Positions 22,560 through 32,833 of a stretch of 64,000 bases of DNA are shown here, piece by piece; position 1 is the stretch's first letter; the number at the start of each line of letters is the position of its first letter. The notes under the pieces were generated by a model. It saw nothing but the letters and a program-made list of their open reading frames with translations. It was not told the DNA's origin and did not search any database. This stretch comes from Naegleria gruberi (lineage: Eukaryota): the NCBI GenBank assembly GCA_000004985.1, contig GG738848.1; one strand, 5' to 3'. The position numbers and the translations under genes were made by a program.

Positions 22560-25319
22560 TCAACTACTTACAATTCCCCAAATTGAGGGACTAGTTTCAA
22601 CAAAAACTTTTTGTGCAATCTTGTCCATTTCTTCTTCTTTGAGATCAAGTAATTGCCCAATAACCTTGAGAAGTTTTTCTCTAACAATCTTCTCATCTGA
22701 GGTCAAGAATGAATATAAAATATTCTTCAAGTATTCTAGGTTAGGATCACCTCGTTTTTGAAGTCTGTGTAAATGTTCAATTTCTTCTTTCAATTGCTTT
22801 TCCAATTCTCTAAATGATTTTTCACTACTTTCTCTGTCTTTAATTATTTCCTTAAGCTTGTTAATAGTTTCCTTATAGTGATTAACTTCATTATCTCTAC
22901 CTGCTTGAATATTGGCCAGTTCTACCAATTGATTGAAATCTCTTTCCAGAGCTGGCGTGGAAGTGGTAGGGCTCTGCTCTTCCTTTGAAGGAGTGGAAGG
23001 TTCCTCACCTGAAAGAGCATTCTCTAAAATTTGACTTTGATCAATCTTTCTTGGAGTTCTAGAGCTTGATGGTGAATCAAGAGCATTATTCATTAGATCA
23101 GTAATTTGATTTCTAAGAGATTGATTTTCGTCTTTCAAAATGGTAATTTCATTTTCTAAAGAAACATTCTTCTCTTTAAGGGATTCAGCCTCTTCGAATT
23201 GTTGTTTGGATTCGGAAATCTTCATTTGGAGCTTGGTAATTTCTCTTTCCTTATCATCCAAGATTCTTCTACTTCTTTCTCTTGAAATTCTCAACTCTTT
23301 TCTGAATTGATCATCCAACTCATCATTCTTATTTTCAAGAGTCTTCATGGAAGCCTCATATTCTTGAATTATATTTGCCTTCTCTTGATTGAACTCCTCC
23401 TTACTTCTCTCAATCTTCTTTTCCAAAGATCTGATTCTGTCCTCTAAATCATCTTTTTCTGAGTTTACACGATCAAGTTCTCCTCCAAGCTTTACAGCCT
23501 TTTCTTGAATTTCAAGTAAACTTTGAACTTGATCTTGCAAATCTTGAACTAGTTTTGTTGATTCCTCATGTTCCTCTTGCTTCTTGGTGACAGCTTCATT
23601 TAGTTGAGTGATTTGAGTTTCATAATCAACCTTAGCTTGATTAAGAGCGTCTGTTTTCTTTTTCAAGGCAGCGTGTGCTCTAGTCTTATAGGTTTTGAGT
23701 TCTTCATCCTTATCATTCAATAACTTAACCTGCTCATCATACTTATTAGTTAATTCGGATAATTTTGTTTGGAAGTTTTCTTCCAATTCCTCAATAATTG
23801 ATTTGCCTGGTACCAATGTATCAAACGATTCTGTTTGACTTTGCTGAGAATAAACTTCCTTCAGTAAATCGTGCTGCATCCATTCAAGATTTGTTTTTTC
23901 TTCGTCTGTGTATTGGAAATAGAACCACAAAACTCCATCTATTAGAATCTTTTTGAGAATCTTGATATCCTTATAACTCTTTTTAACAGGCTCTGAGACA
24001 ACTGGTGGCGTATTCTTTACAGTTTCACAAAGATCAGTATAAAGCTTGTCCTTTTCCTCAATGGTCTTCTTTTGATCGGAGATTTTTTCGTCACTCTCCT
24101 TGAGTTGTTTGTCGTTTTGTGATATTTGAAGTTTCAGCTCCTCGATTTGTTTGTTCAGCTTCTCAATTGATTCATCCTTTGTTTTCAATTCTTGTTGAAG
24201 AGATGAATTGAACTCGGCAGATTTGTTTCCCTCCTCTGTTTTCTTATTTAATTCTTCAATGGTTTTTTCCAAAGTAGAAACTTGCTTTTTGAGCTCTTCA
24301 ATTTTCTTCATATCCTTATTACTGATTACTTTCACTTTTTCTTTCCAATCCGTGACCTTTGTTTTAAAAGTGTTCAATTCGTTCTCCTTCTCTTTGTACA
24401 ATTTCTCAAATTCTGCACACTTTTTCCTGATATCTTCCTCAGAAACATTTGCATCTGCATTTGAAGAAGATTCAACCTTGTCACTTGGTTGAGCATTTGA
24501 TGAAACTTCCTCATTTGTTGTTTCAGCCTTTTGATCTTCTGGATCCTTTTCCTTCTTCTTTACATTTTCATAAACTTTAACTGTTTTGGAAATCTTTTGT
24601 AAATTAGTTCCCATTTTACTCATCTTTTCTGTGATTGCCATATCACGTTGCTCGTATAATTGATCAATTTGTGTCATGAATCCCATAATCATTTGTTGTA
24701 CAGTTGGATCCAAAAGTGTTCCTTTCTGAGAGTCCTCCTTCTTTTGTTGGGCAATAGAACTCGATAATCTTCCACTATTTTCCTTTGATTTAGTAATACT
24801 ATTTTCACAAGTTTGTACTTTTTGTGAAAACTTGTCAGTGAAGGAGGTAAATTCATCAGACATTAAATTGCAATGGTTTTGAATAGTATCAGTGAGTGAT
24901 TTCAATAATTCTTCATTATTACTTGATGATGTAACTTGGTGACTGTCAGTAGATTCTGTGGTTGTTGCTGATGATGGAGTATTATTATTTACACTGATAT
25001 TTGTTTCTTCTTGTTCTGATGCAGGAGGGGAATCAACTACAACTGACGATACTTCTTCAATTGTCGATGACGGTACTTGATTCGACTCTTGTTCCGATGA
25101 TGAAGCTGCCACAATTTCTGGTTCTTGTTGCTCCGATTCTTGTTGATCAACATTTACCTCGGAAGAGTGACTGGAAGTTTCTGTAGTAGGTTCAACTACT
25201 ACTTGTTGTGATTCCACATTCTCAGAGGTTGAACTTGTTTCGGTTGTTGTTGATGTTGTTTCTTGTGGTTCATTTGTTGTTGTTGAGGTGGTATTCTTTG
25301 ACTTCTTCTTTTTAGCCAT
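22560..25319 (-). CDS. Golgin-like coiled-coil protein with a C-terminal GRIP domain
   Basis: The 919-aa ORF has an acidic S/T-rich N-terminus and about 600 aa of heptad-rich coiled coil (KELEEL..). The C-terminus (..LEYLKNILYSFLTSDEKIVREKLLKVIGQLLDL) fits the GRIP-domain consensus, with its conserved Tyr. Confidence 0.7.
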   Translation of the reverse strand: MAKKKKSKNTTSTTTNEPQETTSTTTETSSTSENVESQQVVVEPTTETSSHSSEVNVDQQESEQQEPEIVAASSSEQESNQVPSSTIEEVSSVVVDSPPASEQEETNISVNNNTPSSATTTESTDSHQVTSSSNNEELLKSLTDTIQNHCNLMSDEFTSFTDKFSQKVQTCENSITKSKENSGRLSSSIAQQKKEDSQKGTLLDPTVQQMIMGFMTQIDQLYEQRDMAITEKMSKMGTNLQKISKTVKVYENVKKKEKDPEDQKAETTNEEVSSNAQPSDKVESSSNADANVSEEDIRKKCAEFEKLYKEKENELNTFKTKVTDWKEKVKVISNKDMKKIEELKKQVSTLEKTIEELNKKTEEGNKSAEFNSSLQQELKTKDESIEKLNKQIEELKLQISQNDKQLKESDEKISDQKKTIEEKDKLYTDLCETVKNTPPVVSEPVKKSYKDIKILKKILIDGVLWFYFQYTDEEKTNLEWMQHDLLKEVYSQQSQTESFDTLVPGKSIIEELEENFQTKLSELTNKYDEQVKLLNDKDEELKTYKTRAHAALKKKTDALNQAKVDYETQITQLNEAVTKKQEEHEESTKLVQDLQDQVQSLLEIQEKAVKLGGELDRVNSEKDDLEDRIRSLEKKIERSKEEFNQEKANIIQEYEASMKTLENKNDELDDQFRKELRISRERSRRILDDKEREITKLQMKISESKQQFEEAESLKEKNVSLENEITILKDENQSLRNQITDLMNNALDSPSSSRTPRKIDQSQILENALSGEEPSTPSKEEQSPTTSTPALERDFNQLVELANIQAGRDNEVNHYKETINKLKEIIKDRESSEKSFRELEKQLKEEIEHLHRLQKRGDPNLEYLKNILYSFLTSDEKIVREKLLKVIGQLLDLKEEEMDKIAQKVFVETSPSIWGIVSS

Positions 25320-25476
25320 TTTTTTGTGATGTCATCAACAATGCTGGTGTGGATGATAGAAGGCGAATTGACCAACAAAATCGAAAGAATTGTTTTTATT
25401 GATATGTGAAAATCTAGGAATGTGAAGATTACTCATCGACACATTTAAAAATCTAGGAGCAGAGACAAAATTGTGC

Positions 25477-25746
25477 TTATTGTCTTCTTCTCTTGAAGAA
25501 AGCCATGAAAAAGTCAAAAACTGCATAACCAACAGAAAATCCGATAGCAGCAGAGAAAGCAACAAAGAATGGTTTAACAATAAAGTTGGAAACATTAGCT
25601 TGAGCTTCCAAATAGGTTTGTCTACGATATCGCCAAACCTTAGCATCAGAATTACCTCCAGTGGTAAGGAATGAATGATCATCATCCAAGATATCGTTTC
25701 CTCCTCTTTGTGGTGTGCAAGGAGTGCTTTCTAAAGATTGGTCCAT
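25477..25746 (-). CDS. Hypothetical small tail-anchored membrane protein (89 aa)
   Basis: It has a soluble N-terminus, then a single C-terminal TM (FIVKPFFVAFSAAIGFSVGYAVFDFFMAFF), then a basic end (KRRRQ). No family was assigned. Confidence 0.3.
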   Translation of the reverse strand: MDQSLESTPCTPQRGGNDILDDDHSFLTTGGNSDAKVWRYRRQTYLEAQANVSNFIVKPFFVAFSAAIGFSVGYAVFDFFMAFFKRRRQ

Positions 25747-25944
25747 TTTTTTGGTGGGTTTTTTTGAATTAAATTTTAGGCGGGAACATTATTGGTGCTA
25801 AATAACAAAATAAACACAACAATATTTGTTGAAAATAAGTACTAGTTAGAATCCATCAAATAATAATTAAATTTAAATTATAAAATCGTAATACACTCTA
25901 CGTGTAAACTTCGTCATCAAATAATAAAAAAATTATATAAAAAA

Positions 25945-26847
25945 ATGTCTAAAACATTGGACGGCTTCCCAGAATTACTTTCAGTGAGAAATGCTCTCTT
26001 CCTTGGCAATCACACTGTGTGTTTGAGCAAAATTGCCCAAACATCGATCAATGAAAATAATGTGGATATGAAATTGGAAAGAGATGTTCTTTCATATAGA
26101 GCACACATCGGATTGGGACAACATGATCTTGTATTACAACAAATCAAGGAAAGTGATAGTCTTGCTATTCCTCTTAAATCAGTCCGATTATTGGCTGAAT
26201 ATTTCCAAGCTGCCAAAAGAGGATCACCAAATGATTCTATTATTGAAAAAATCGACTCTCTCCAACAAGATCCATCATATTCTACTGACAATACTTTTGC
26301 TGTTGTTTCTGCTACTATTTATGCTCATGAAGGAAATGATATTGCTTGTTTAAAGACTCTTCACGATATTTCATCATTGGAAGCCTTTGCTCTTCGTGTT
26401 AGAACACTTATTAGAATGAATCGTGCTGATTTAGCAGAGCATACATTTAAAAAGATGTCCGAACAATATGAAGATGCTACATTAACTCAATTTACTGGTG
26501 CTTTTGTTTCCTTGGCTAAAGGAACAAAGGAAAGAGTTTCTGAAGCTGAACTGACATTTAAAGAATTATCTGAAAAGTTTGGACAATCTGTTGCTCTTGC
26601 CAACGGTTTAGCTTTATGTTTAATGTTTGATTTTGAATTTGAGGATGCTGAAAAGATCTTGATGAATGCTTTAGGTATTTCAACAAATGATCCAGAAACT
26701 TTTGTTAATCTTATTGCTTGTAGTTTACATTTGAAGAAAGACGCTTCCAGATTTATTTCTCAATTGCAATCTTCTTCACCAAATCATCCTTGGATTAAGA
26801 AATATAACTCACTCTCTGAAACTTTTGACAAATTGACAAACCATTAA
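25945..26847 (+). CDS. COPE: Coatomer epsilon subunit (epsilon-COP)
   Basis: The 300-aa protein is colinear with epsilon-COP. Matching motifs include LLSVRNALFLGNH..C, YRAHIGLGQ, DEDATLTQ (the identical motif), PETFVNLIACSLHLKK, and the C-terminal HPWIKKY. Confidence 0.85.
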   Translation: MSKTLDGFPELLSVRNALFLGNHTVCLSKIAQTSINENNVDMKLERDVLSYRAHIGLGQHDLVLQQIKESDSLAIPLKSVRLLAEYFQAAKRGSPNDSIIEKIDSLQQDPSYSTDNTFAVVSATIYAHEGNDIACLKTLHDISSLEAFALRVRTLIRMNRADLAEHTFKKMSEQYEDATLTQFTGAFVSLAKGTKERVSEAELTFKELSEKFGQSVALANGLALCLMFDFEFEDAEKILMNALGISTNDPETFVNLIACSLHLKKDASRFISQLQSSSPNHPWIKKYNSLSETFDKLTNH

Positions 26848-27126
26848 AGTGTATCATTAATAATACAATCAAAATTCGATTTTTATTATTTTAAAAAATA
26901 GCCATGATTATTCGGTTAGGAAAGAAAGTATGTTTAATACCTCTATAATAATCAGGATTGCTTGACAGAGCGCACTATCATCACAAACTTTACATTATTT
27001 TAAATCACAATATAATATTTGGATAATATTTAATAGGCTATTGTTGGAGGAGCAATCACTCTCGGAGTTGGTTATCAACAAAAGAAAGACTATGATAATA
27101 GAAAAACTCTAGCTCTAGAGTTTTTA

Positions 27127-27351
27127 GTGGATAGACCATCAATGTCCAATGATGAGGATGACGATTTTGCCATAACAATTATTGATGAAAGTCAAGAAAA
27201 ATTACATACTCCAATTCGAATTGCAAATCCAACAGCAGATATTGAAAGAATCAGAAGAGAAGAACAAATGAAATTAATGTTCGGTGTTGGTACTCCCACA
27301 AAGGAAGAATTACACAAATTATTACAACAAGATTTGAAAAAATCAAATTAA
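27127..27351 (+). CDS. Hypothetical small acidic protein (74 aa)
   Basis: This is an ORF only, with no recognised domain. It may have upstream exons. Confidence 0.2.
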   Translation: MDRPSMSNDEDDDFAITIIDESQEKLHTPIRIANPTADIERIRREEQMKLMFGVGTPTKEELHKLLQQDLKKSN

Positions 27352-28019
27352 TCTCGTCAAACCATTGGAATTTGAAAACTTGACACAAACGAGCATGCAT
27401 AAATGTAAATAAACAACAAAATTATAGAGATGTCGTGGTTGTGTTGATATTAGGACTGACCCACTAGTTTAATTAGCATTGCCAGCAGAAACCTTTCACT
27501 TATAATTTCACTTGCCTTGATGACCGCACATGTATTTGACAAAACATGTTTAGTTAACTGAATAGCAAATTTAGCTGATAACCTTTTGGTAAGTGTTGAA
27601 CTGTCCTCTTCCTTGCTTGGAAAACTTGTTTAAAATAATTGTGGTTGAAAAAATTAATTAATTTTAAAAAACTGTGAAAAGCCTGAGCATGAAGGTATTT
27701 TATTTCCAATTAATCCATTTAAGTTTTACATTAAGACTGTTCAGTTCACAAGTTCGGTTTGGGTTTAATTAGCTTTTGCGCAACCACACAAAATAGAAAG
27801 CAATGACCCTTTTCACTCAAATAAAATCCACTCCTCAATCTTAAAAACATTGAAAATTCTCAAACAAAACAACATTCCATGGTTTTCAACCTATTGTGTT
27901 TCATGGCAATGAGTTGGTTTGCATGTTGAGGAACAAACCATTGTTTTTCTGCATAGGAAAGGCTTCGGAAAATTCATAAAAAATTCCTTCACATCAACCA
28001 CTTAAGGAGGTATTGTCGA

Positions 28020-29369
28020 GTGCATTTCCGCCATTTACATTCACCTCATCAATTTGCTACAAACATGTTTGATCCTCTGAAGAATTACAATTTTGATCGC
28101 ATGAACAATCTTGTGCGAGAGATTGGTTCCGAACAAGAAAGGAAGCAAGCCAATACTACCAACTCAACAACATCATCAATAGAGTTTAATGAAGAAAATA
28201 CTGTGGAAGTTAATTTAAAGTTTGATGAGTTTATGGATAATATTGAATTGGTGAAGCCTTTTCTTTATAACATTGAGAGATTTATAATTTCATATAATGA
28301 ATTGAGTGAAGAACAAGCCAGTGAAAAAGTTGACATGTCTCCTCTTTCAAAGAAGTGTAAAATATTGGATGCAAGTCATAATAATTTCAAGAACATGTCT
28401 CATGCATTTTGGAGTTTTTTATTCAATGCATCCATCACTTACTTTAATTTATCCAATAATTGCCTTGTAGAATTTATTTCTTCCAAAATGGATGCTACAT
28501 GGTTGCCTAAATTGGAATATTTGATATTGGCCAATAATTCCATCTGTTCACTCATCAACTCAACAGAGACCTCATTACTTTCTTCTCTTATAAGGCTCGA
28601 TTTATCAAACAACCTTGTTGATAATGATTCTTTGAATAATATTTTATTTGGTGGAAATCTTACAAACCTCAAACACCTCTATGTGAAGAATAACAAAGTC
28701 TCTGGTACTTTGAAAAATGTGAACTCGGTCAATCAATCACTTGAAGAAATTTATTTGGATGAAAATCAAATTGAGCAAGTAGATAATTCATGGTTTTCCT
28801 CATTACCAAATCTCAAAGTCATTTCTTTACCATTCAACAAAATTCAAGATATAGACATCCAAACCAATAACAAAATTGAAAAGATCTACCTTCATTCCAA
28901 TCAAATCAAGAGTATTGACAGCATTAAGGCTGTTTTCTCTGATTCCTTAAAAGTTTTTTCAGCCCATCAAAATCAAATATCAACCATTCCTGAAGAAATT
29001 TCAAACTCTATTTCTCTCAGAGAAGTTACGTTTTTCAACAATACTATTCAACAATTACCAAAAGGATTGTACAACTTGATCAATATTGATACGCTATATC
29101 TTCAAAATAATGAAATTGCTGAACTTTTACCAGAATTAGGAAATTTAACAAACTTGACAGAATTGGATTTATTCAATAACAAGCTCTCCTCGCTTCCTTC
29201 AACAATTGGTAATCTTACCAAATTGAAGAGATTATGCCTTGATAGTAACAGATTGAAAACTATTCCTGCAGATGTTGTCAATCTTTCCAATTTAATTTCC
29301 TTCACTTTCCACAATAACCCTGAACTAAAAGTTTCACCATACATCCAAATGATGTCAACAGGAATGTAA
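28020..29369 (+). CDS. Leucine-rich repeat protein. The probable start is Met-16 (ATG 28065).
   Basis: The C-terminal 300 aa contain more than 12 canonical LxxLxLxxNxIxxI repeats (LEYLILANNSI, LIRLDLSNNLV, LKHLYVKNNKV, LEEIYLDENQI, ... LTELDLFNNKLSSLP, LKRLCLDSNRLKTIP). Confidence 0.7.
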   Translation: MHFRHLHSPHQFATNMFDPLKNYNFDRMNNLVREIGSEQERKQANTTNSTTSSIEFNEENTVEVNLKFDEFMDNIELVKPFLYNIERFIISYNELSEEQASEKVDMSPLSKKCKILDASHNNFKNMSHAFWSFLFNASITYFNLSNNCLVEFISSKMDATWLPKLEYLILANNSICSLINSTETSLLSSLIRLDLSNNLVDNDSLNNILFGGNLTNLKHLYVKNNKVSGTLKNVNSVNQSLEEIYLDENQIEQVDNSWFSSLPNLKVISLPFNKIQDIDIQTNNKIEKIYLHSNQIKSIDSIKAVFSDSLKVFSAHQNQISTIPEEISNSISLREVTFFNNTIQQLPKGLYNLINIDTLYLQNNEIAELLPELGNLTNLTELDLFNNKLSSLPSTIGNLTKLKRLCLDSNRLKTIPADVVNLSNLISFTFHNNPELKVSPYIQMMSTGM

Positions 29370-29376
29370 ATAAAAA

Positions 29377-30390
29377 TCAATTCTTCTCCTCCTTTAATTC
29401 GTTCACATCAATAAATTTTGGCTTTTGATTTTGGTTTGGTGGTGGGAGAGCTTCGGTTTTGTGTCTATTAAGAACTACAGATGAAAAGAATCTGTAATAT
29501 TCATTCACATACCAAACCATTGTAGAAAGCCAATTTGACGATTTTTCTTCCTTTGGAGGTGTCTCTTTAGACCTAGTATTGATTTCAAATTCCCCAATAG
29601 TTGAAATAAGAGAATAGTACGTTGTTGCAAATGTTATGAGTGATAACAACGCCATAATAGATAAATAAACAAATGTGAATCTCCAAGATTGATCAAATGT
29701 TTGCTTTCCAGCTATTAATACTGAATCTTTTGGATCTATAGGATTAATTCTCACAAGAATAACCTCGTCCTTTTTGAATTCTTCAACCAATCCCAATAAA
29801 TTATTTTTCATTTCTTCTCCACTTCCAACAAACCAGTATGGAACTGTCCAAAATACTCTATCATTATTAAATATTCTTGGCTTTCCACTTGTTATCACTA
29901 ATGGCTCCTCTGGATCAATAGAAGTAGGCATGAGAGGAATAAATACATTACTATCCTTTTCATCCAAAAACAACTTTTTTGGTGTTAAATCAATTTTTCT
30001 ATAGCCCGACCCTGTTGGATGTTTTTGATAGTATTGACTAGTTCCTAATTTATATTCATATTTAATATTCAATCTACAAGCATTTGTTAATCCGAATAGA
30101 ATTTTACCTTCCTCTAATTCTACTGATTGAATAACTCCTTGGGCAAAAGGCCAATGATTCGATTCATCAGCCTTCTTCAAAATTTGTCTTGTTTCACTCA
30201 CTTGTTTCCAAGCCTTCCACAATGGCAATGATGAAACAGCAAGACTTCCAACAAGCACAAGTCCTAATCCTCTCTTTTGAATATTATTGGTAATTTTAAA
30301 GAGTGATGATGATTCGGAGATTTTGTGTTTAATCAAATTGTTGCCTCCTTCCAACATTATCAGCAAATTGTTGTTGCATGATTTTTTCAT
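29377..30390 (-). CDS. Hypothetical membrane protein with two predicted TM segments
   Basis: The 337-aa ORF has hydrophobic segments LGLVLVGSLAVSSLPLW and FTFVYLSIMALLSLITFATTYYSL. No family was recognised. Confidence 0.45.
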   Translation of the reverse strand: MKKSCNNNLLIMLEGGNNLIKHKISESSSLFKITNNIQKRGLGLVLVGSLAVSSLPLWKAWKQVSETRQILKKADESNHWPFAQGVIQSVELEEGKILFGLTNACRLNIKYEYKLGTSQYYQKHPTGSGYRKIDLTPKKLFLDEKDSNVFIPLMPTSIDPEEPLVITSGKPRIFNNDRVFWTVPYWFVGSGEEMKNNLLGLVEEFKKDEVILVRINPIDPKDSVLIAGKQTFDQSWRFTFVYLSIMALLSLITFATTYYSLISTIGEFEINTRSKETPPKEEKSSNWLSTMVWYVNEYYRFFSSVVLNRHKTEALPPPNQNQKPKFIDVNELKEEKN

Positions 30391-30817
30391 TCTTGTTAAT
30401 TTTTTTTAAAGTTATAGAAAAATTACTAATTATTGTTTTATTGAATGGTGAATTCATGTGTGCTGATGAATTAATAACTTTCACATAATTACATTACTCT
30501 GTAATTATTATTTATTATATGCTTGTTGCTTTTACAATTATAAAAATTGTAAACCTCGAAAATCCACTCAAATTAATTGGGAAAAATTTCCAATCATAAC
30601 CCACTTTTCCTTATATAAATGATCTTACAGTAACCTATTTAAAATCCCTCAATTTCAAATATCTAACAAAGGTCTATTAAAAGTTTTGTAAAGTTGATAT
30701 CAACTCCTTCGCTTGCTAATGCTTGGTCCCTTCTATTACTTCTGCTGTCTCTCGCAGAAAATAAAAACAAATAAAATTCAAAATTATTTTTCGCGTTTAA
30801 AAAAATAAAACAACATC

Positions 30818-32779
30818 ATGGCTGAACTCACACCACAACAAGTTCTCGGTCTCTACTCTGCCATTAATTTGGCTTTAGAAGCTGAACAAGAAACCTTGAA
30901 GACTTTGGAAGAAGCTGCTCAAGAAAGGAGAGGAGATGAAATTATTGCTAAAGCCGCTACTGAAGCTGGTATTAACATGGACGAAGCTGAAATTGTTAAC
31001 CAAGGCTTGAGAGTTGGTGAATTCAACGAAGAAGTCGCTGCTGCTATCAAGAAGTTCAATTCAATCAGACCACAATCCAAGAATGCTAAGAAGAAGCTCG
31101 AAAAGAGAATTTCTTCCATGCAAAAGAAGTTGGAAAAGAAGTTGGAAAAGCAAAAGGCTCAAGGTGATGAAAAGATCGATGAAGACAGCTTGGATCCAAG
31201 CAAGTACTATGAAATCAGAAAGAAGAATATTTTGGAATTGGAAAAGGAAGGTTTTGATGCTTTCCCACACAAATTCAATGTTGACACTACTGTTCCAGAA
31301 TTCATCAAGAAGTACTCTCACTTGGCTGCTGAACAACGTGTTCAAGAAGAAACTGTTGCCCTTGCTGGTAGAATTATTACTAGTAGACCAACTGGTAAAT
31401 TAGTTTTCTATCACATTAGAGCTGAAGGTGAAGATCTCCAAGTTATGAGTGGTATCAGTGATTATGCTGAAGGTGAAGATGCTTTCAAGAAGGTTCACTC
31501 TGTTCTCCGTAGAGGTGATATTATCGGTATTAACGGTTTTGCTGGTAAGAGTAAGAAGGGAGAATTGTCCATCATTCCAACCAAGATTACTTTGTTGACA
31601 CCATGTTTCCACATGTTGCCAAAGGAACATTACGGTTTGACCAACCAAGATACCAGATATAGACAACGTTATTTGGATTTGATCATGAATAAGAAGTCAA
31701 GAGATATCTTTGTCACTCGTAGTAAGATTATTGCTCACTTGAGAACTTTCTTGAATGAAAGAGGTTTCCTTGAAGTTGAAACTCCAATGATGAACATGAT
31801 TCCAGGTGGTGCTAATGCTAGACCATTCACTACTTATCACAATGATTTGGAAATGCTTTTGTATATGCGTATTTCTCCTGAATTGTACTTGAAGCAATTG
31901 GTTGTCGGTGGTTTGGAAAGAGTTTACGAAATTGGTAAGAACTTCAGAAATGAAGGTATTGATTTGACTCACAATCCTGAATTCACTGCTTGCGAATTCT
32001 ATATGGCCTATGCTGATTACAATGATTTGATGAAGATTACTGAAGAATTGTTGAGTGAAATGGCTCTCGTTGCCAATGGAAAGGATCCAAAGAACTTGCC
32101 ATCAGTTGTTCCAGATGAATGGTATCATAGAACTTTCACTATGCCACACACTAATAAGGATGTTGTTGTCAACTTCAGACCACCATTCAAGAGACTTCCA
32201 ATGATTTCAAGTATTGAAGAAAGACTTAACGTCAAGATCCCAACTCAATTGGATACTGAAGAAACCAGACTTTTCCTTGTTGATCTCCTCAAGAAGAATA
32301 AGGTTGATTGTTCTCCACCAATGACCACTGCCAGAATGTTGGATAAGTTGGTTGGTGAATATCTTGAACCAGAATGTATTAACCCAACTTTCATTACTGA
32401 ACATCCACAAATCATGTCACCACTCGCTAAGTGGCATAGAGATAACAAGGTCCTCACTGAAAGATTCGAATTGATGATCATCGGTAAGGAAGTCTGTAAT
32501 GCTTACACTGAATTGAACCAACCTTTCATCCAACGTGAAAGATTCGAAGATCAAGTTGCCCAAAAGGATGCTGGTGACAATGAAGCTCAATTCATGGACG
32601 AAGATTTCTGTAAATCACTTGAATATGGTTTGCCACCAACTGGTGGTTGGGGTATTGGTTTGGATCGTTTGACTATGATTCTCTCCAATAACTACAATAT
32701 CAAGGAAGTTATTCTCTTCCCTGCTCAAAAGCCAGAAGATAACACACCAACTGAAAAGCCAGAAGAAGCCAAGCAATAA
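30818..32779 (+). CDS. KARS1: Lysyl-tRNA synthetase (class II)
   Basis: It is intronless and 653 aa. It has an OB-fold anticodon-binding region (AGRIITSRPTGKLVFYHIRAEGEDLQVM). It has class II motifs: motif 1 (FLEVETPMMNMIPGGANARPF), motif 2 (RISPELYLKQLVVGGLERVYEIGKNFRNEG..THNPEFT.CEFY) and motif 3 (GLPPTGGWGIGLDRLTMIL). Confidence 0.95.
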   Translation: MAELTPQQVLGLYSAINLALEAEQETLKTLEEAAQERRGDEIIAKAATEAGINMDEAEIVNQGLRVGEFNEEVAAAIKKFNSIRPQSKNAKKKLEKRISSMQKKLEKKLEKQKAQGDEKIDEDSLDPSKYYEIRKKNILELEKEGFDAFPHKFNVDTTVPEFIKKYSHLAAEQRVQEETVALAGRIITSRPTGKLVFYHIRAEGEDLQVMSGISDYAEGEDAFKKVHSVLRRGDIIGINGFAGKSKKGELSIIPTKITLLTPCFHMLPKEHYGLTNQDTRYRQRYLDLIMNKKSRDIFVTRSKIIAHLRTFLNERGFLEVETPMMNMIPGGANARPFTTYHNDLEMLLYMRISPELYLKQLVVGGLERVYEIGKNFRNEGIDLTHNPEFTACEFYMAYADYNDLMKITEELLSEMALVANGKDPKNLPSVVPDEWYHRTFTMPHTNKDVVVNFRPPFKRLPMISSIEERLNVKIPTQLDTEETRLFLVDLLKKNKVDCSPPMTTARMLDKLVGEYLEPECINPTFITEHPQIMSPLAKWHRDNKVLTERFELMIIGKEVCNAYTELNQPFIQRERFEDQVAQKDAGDNEAQFMDEDFCKSLEYGLPPTGGWGIGLDRLTMILSNNYNIKEVILFPAQKPEDNTPTEKPEEAKQ

Positions 32780-32833
32780 ATTTATTGCAAAGTAAATATT
32801 GTATAAATTATTTAAAATTAAGCTTTATTCTTT

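Noticed and set aside
22560-25319. Possible mobile-element gag-like or viral structural protein, suggested by the long coiled coil
   Set aside because: The C-terminal GRIP motif and the absence of any RT, IN or protease ORF nearby indicate a cellular golgin. The coiled coil is typical for Golgi tethers.
25335-25685. A 116-aa minus-strand ORF overlapping the tail-anchored protein ORF (25477..25746) in another frame
   Set aside because: It overlaps a more plausible ORF. Its hydrophobic content comes from the same TM-encoding nucleotides read out of frame. Only one can be real, and neither is well supported.
31014-31972. Multiple 88-129-aa ORFs on both strands inside the lysyl-tRNA synthetase gene
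   Set aside because: The class II aaRS frame is unambiguous. The other ORFs are chance open frames in AT-rich coding DNA.
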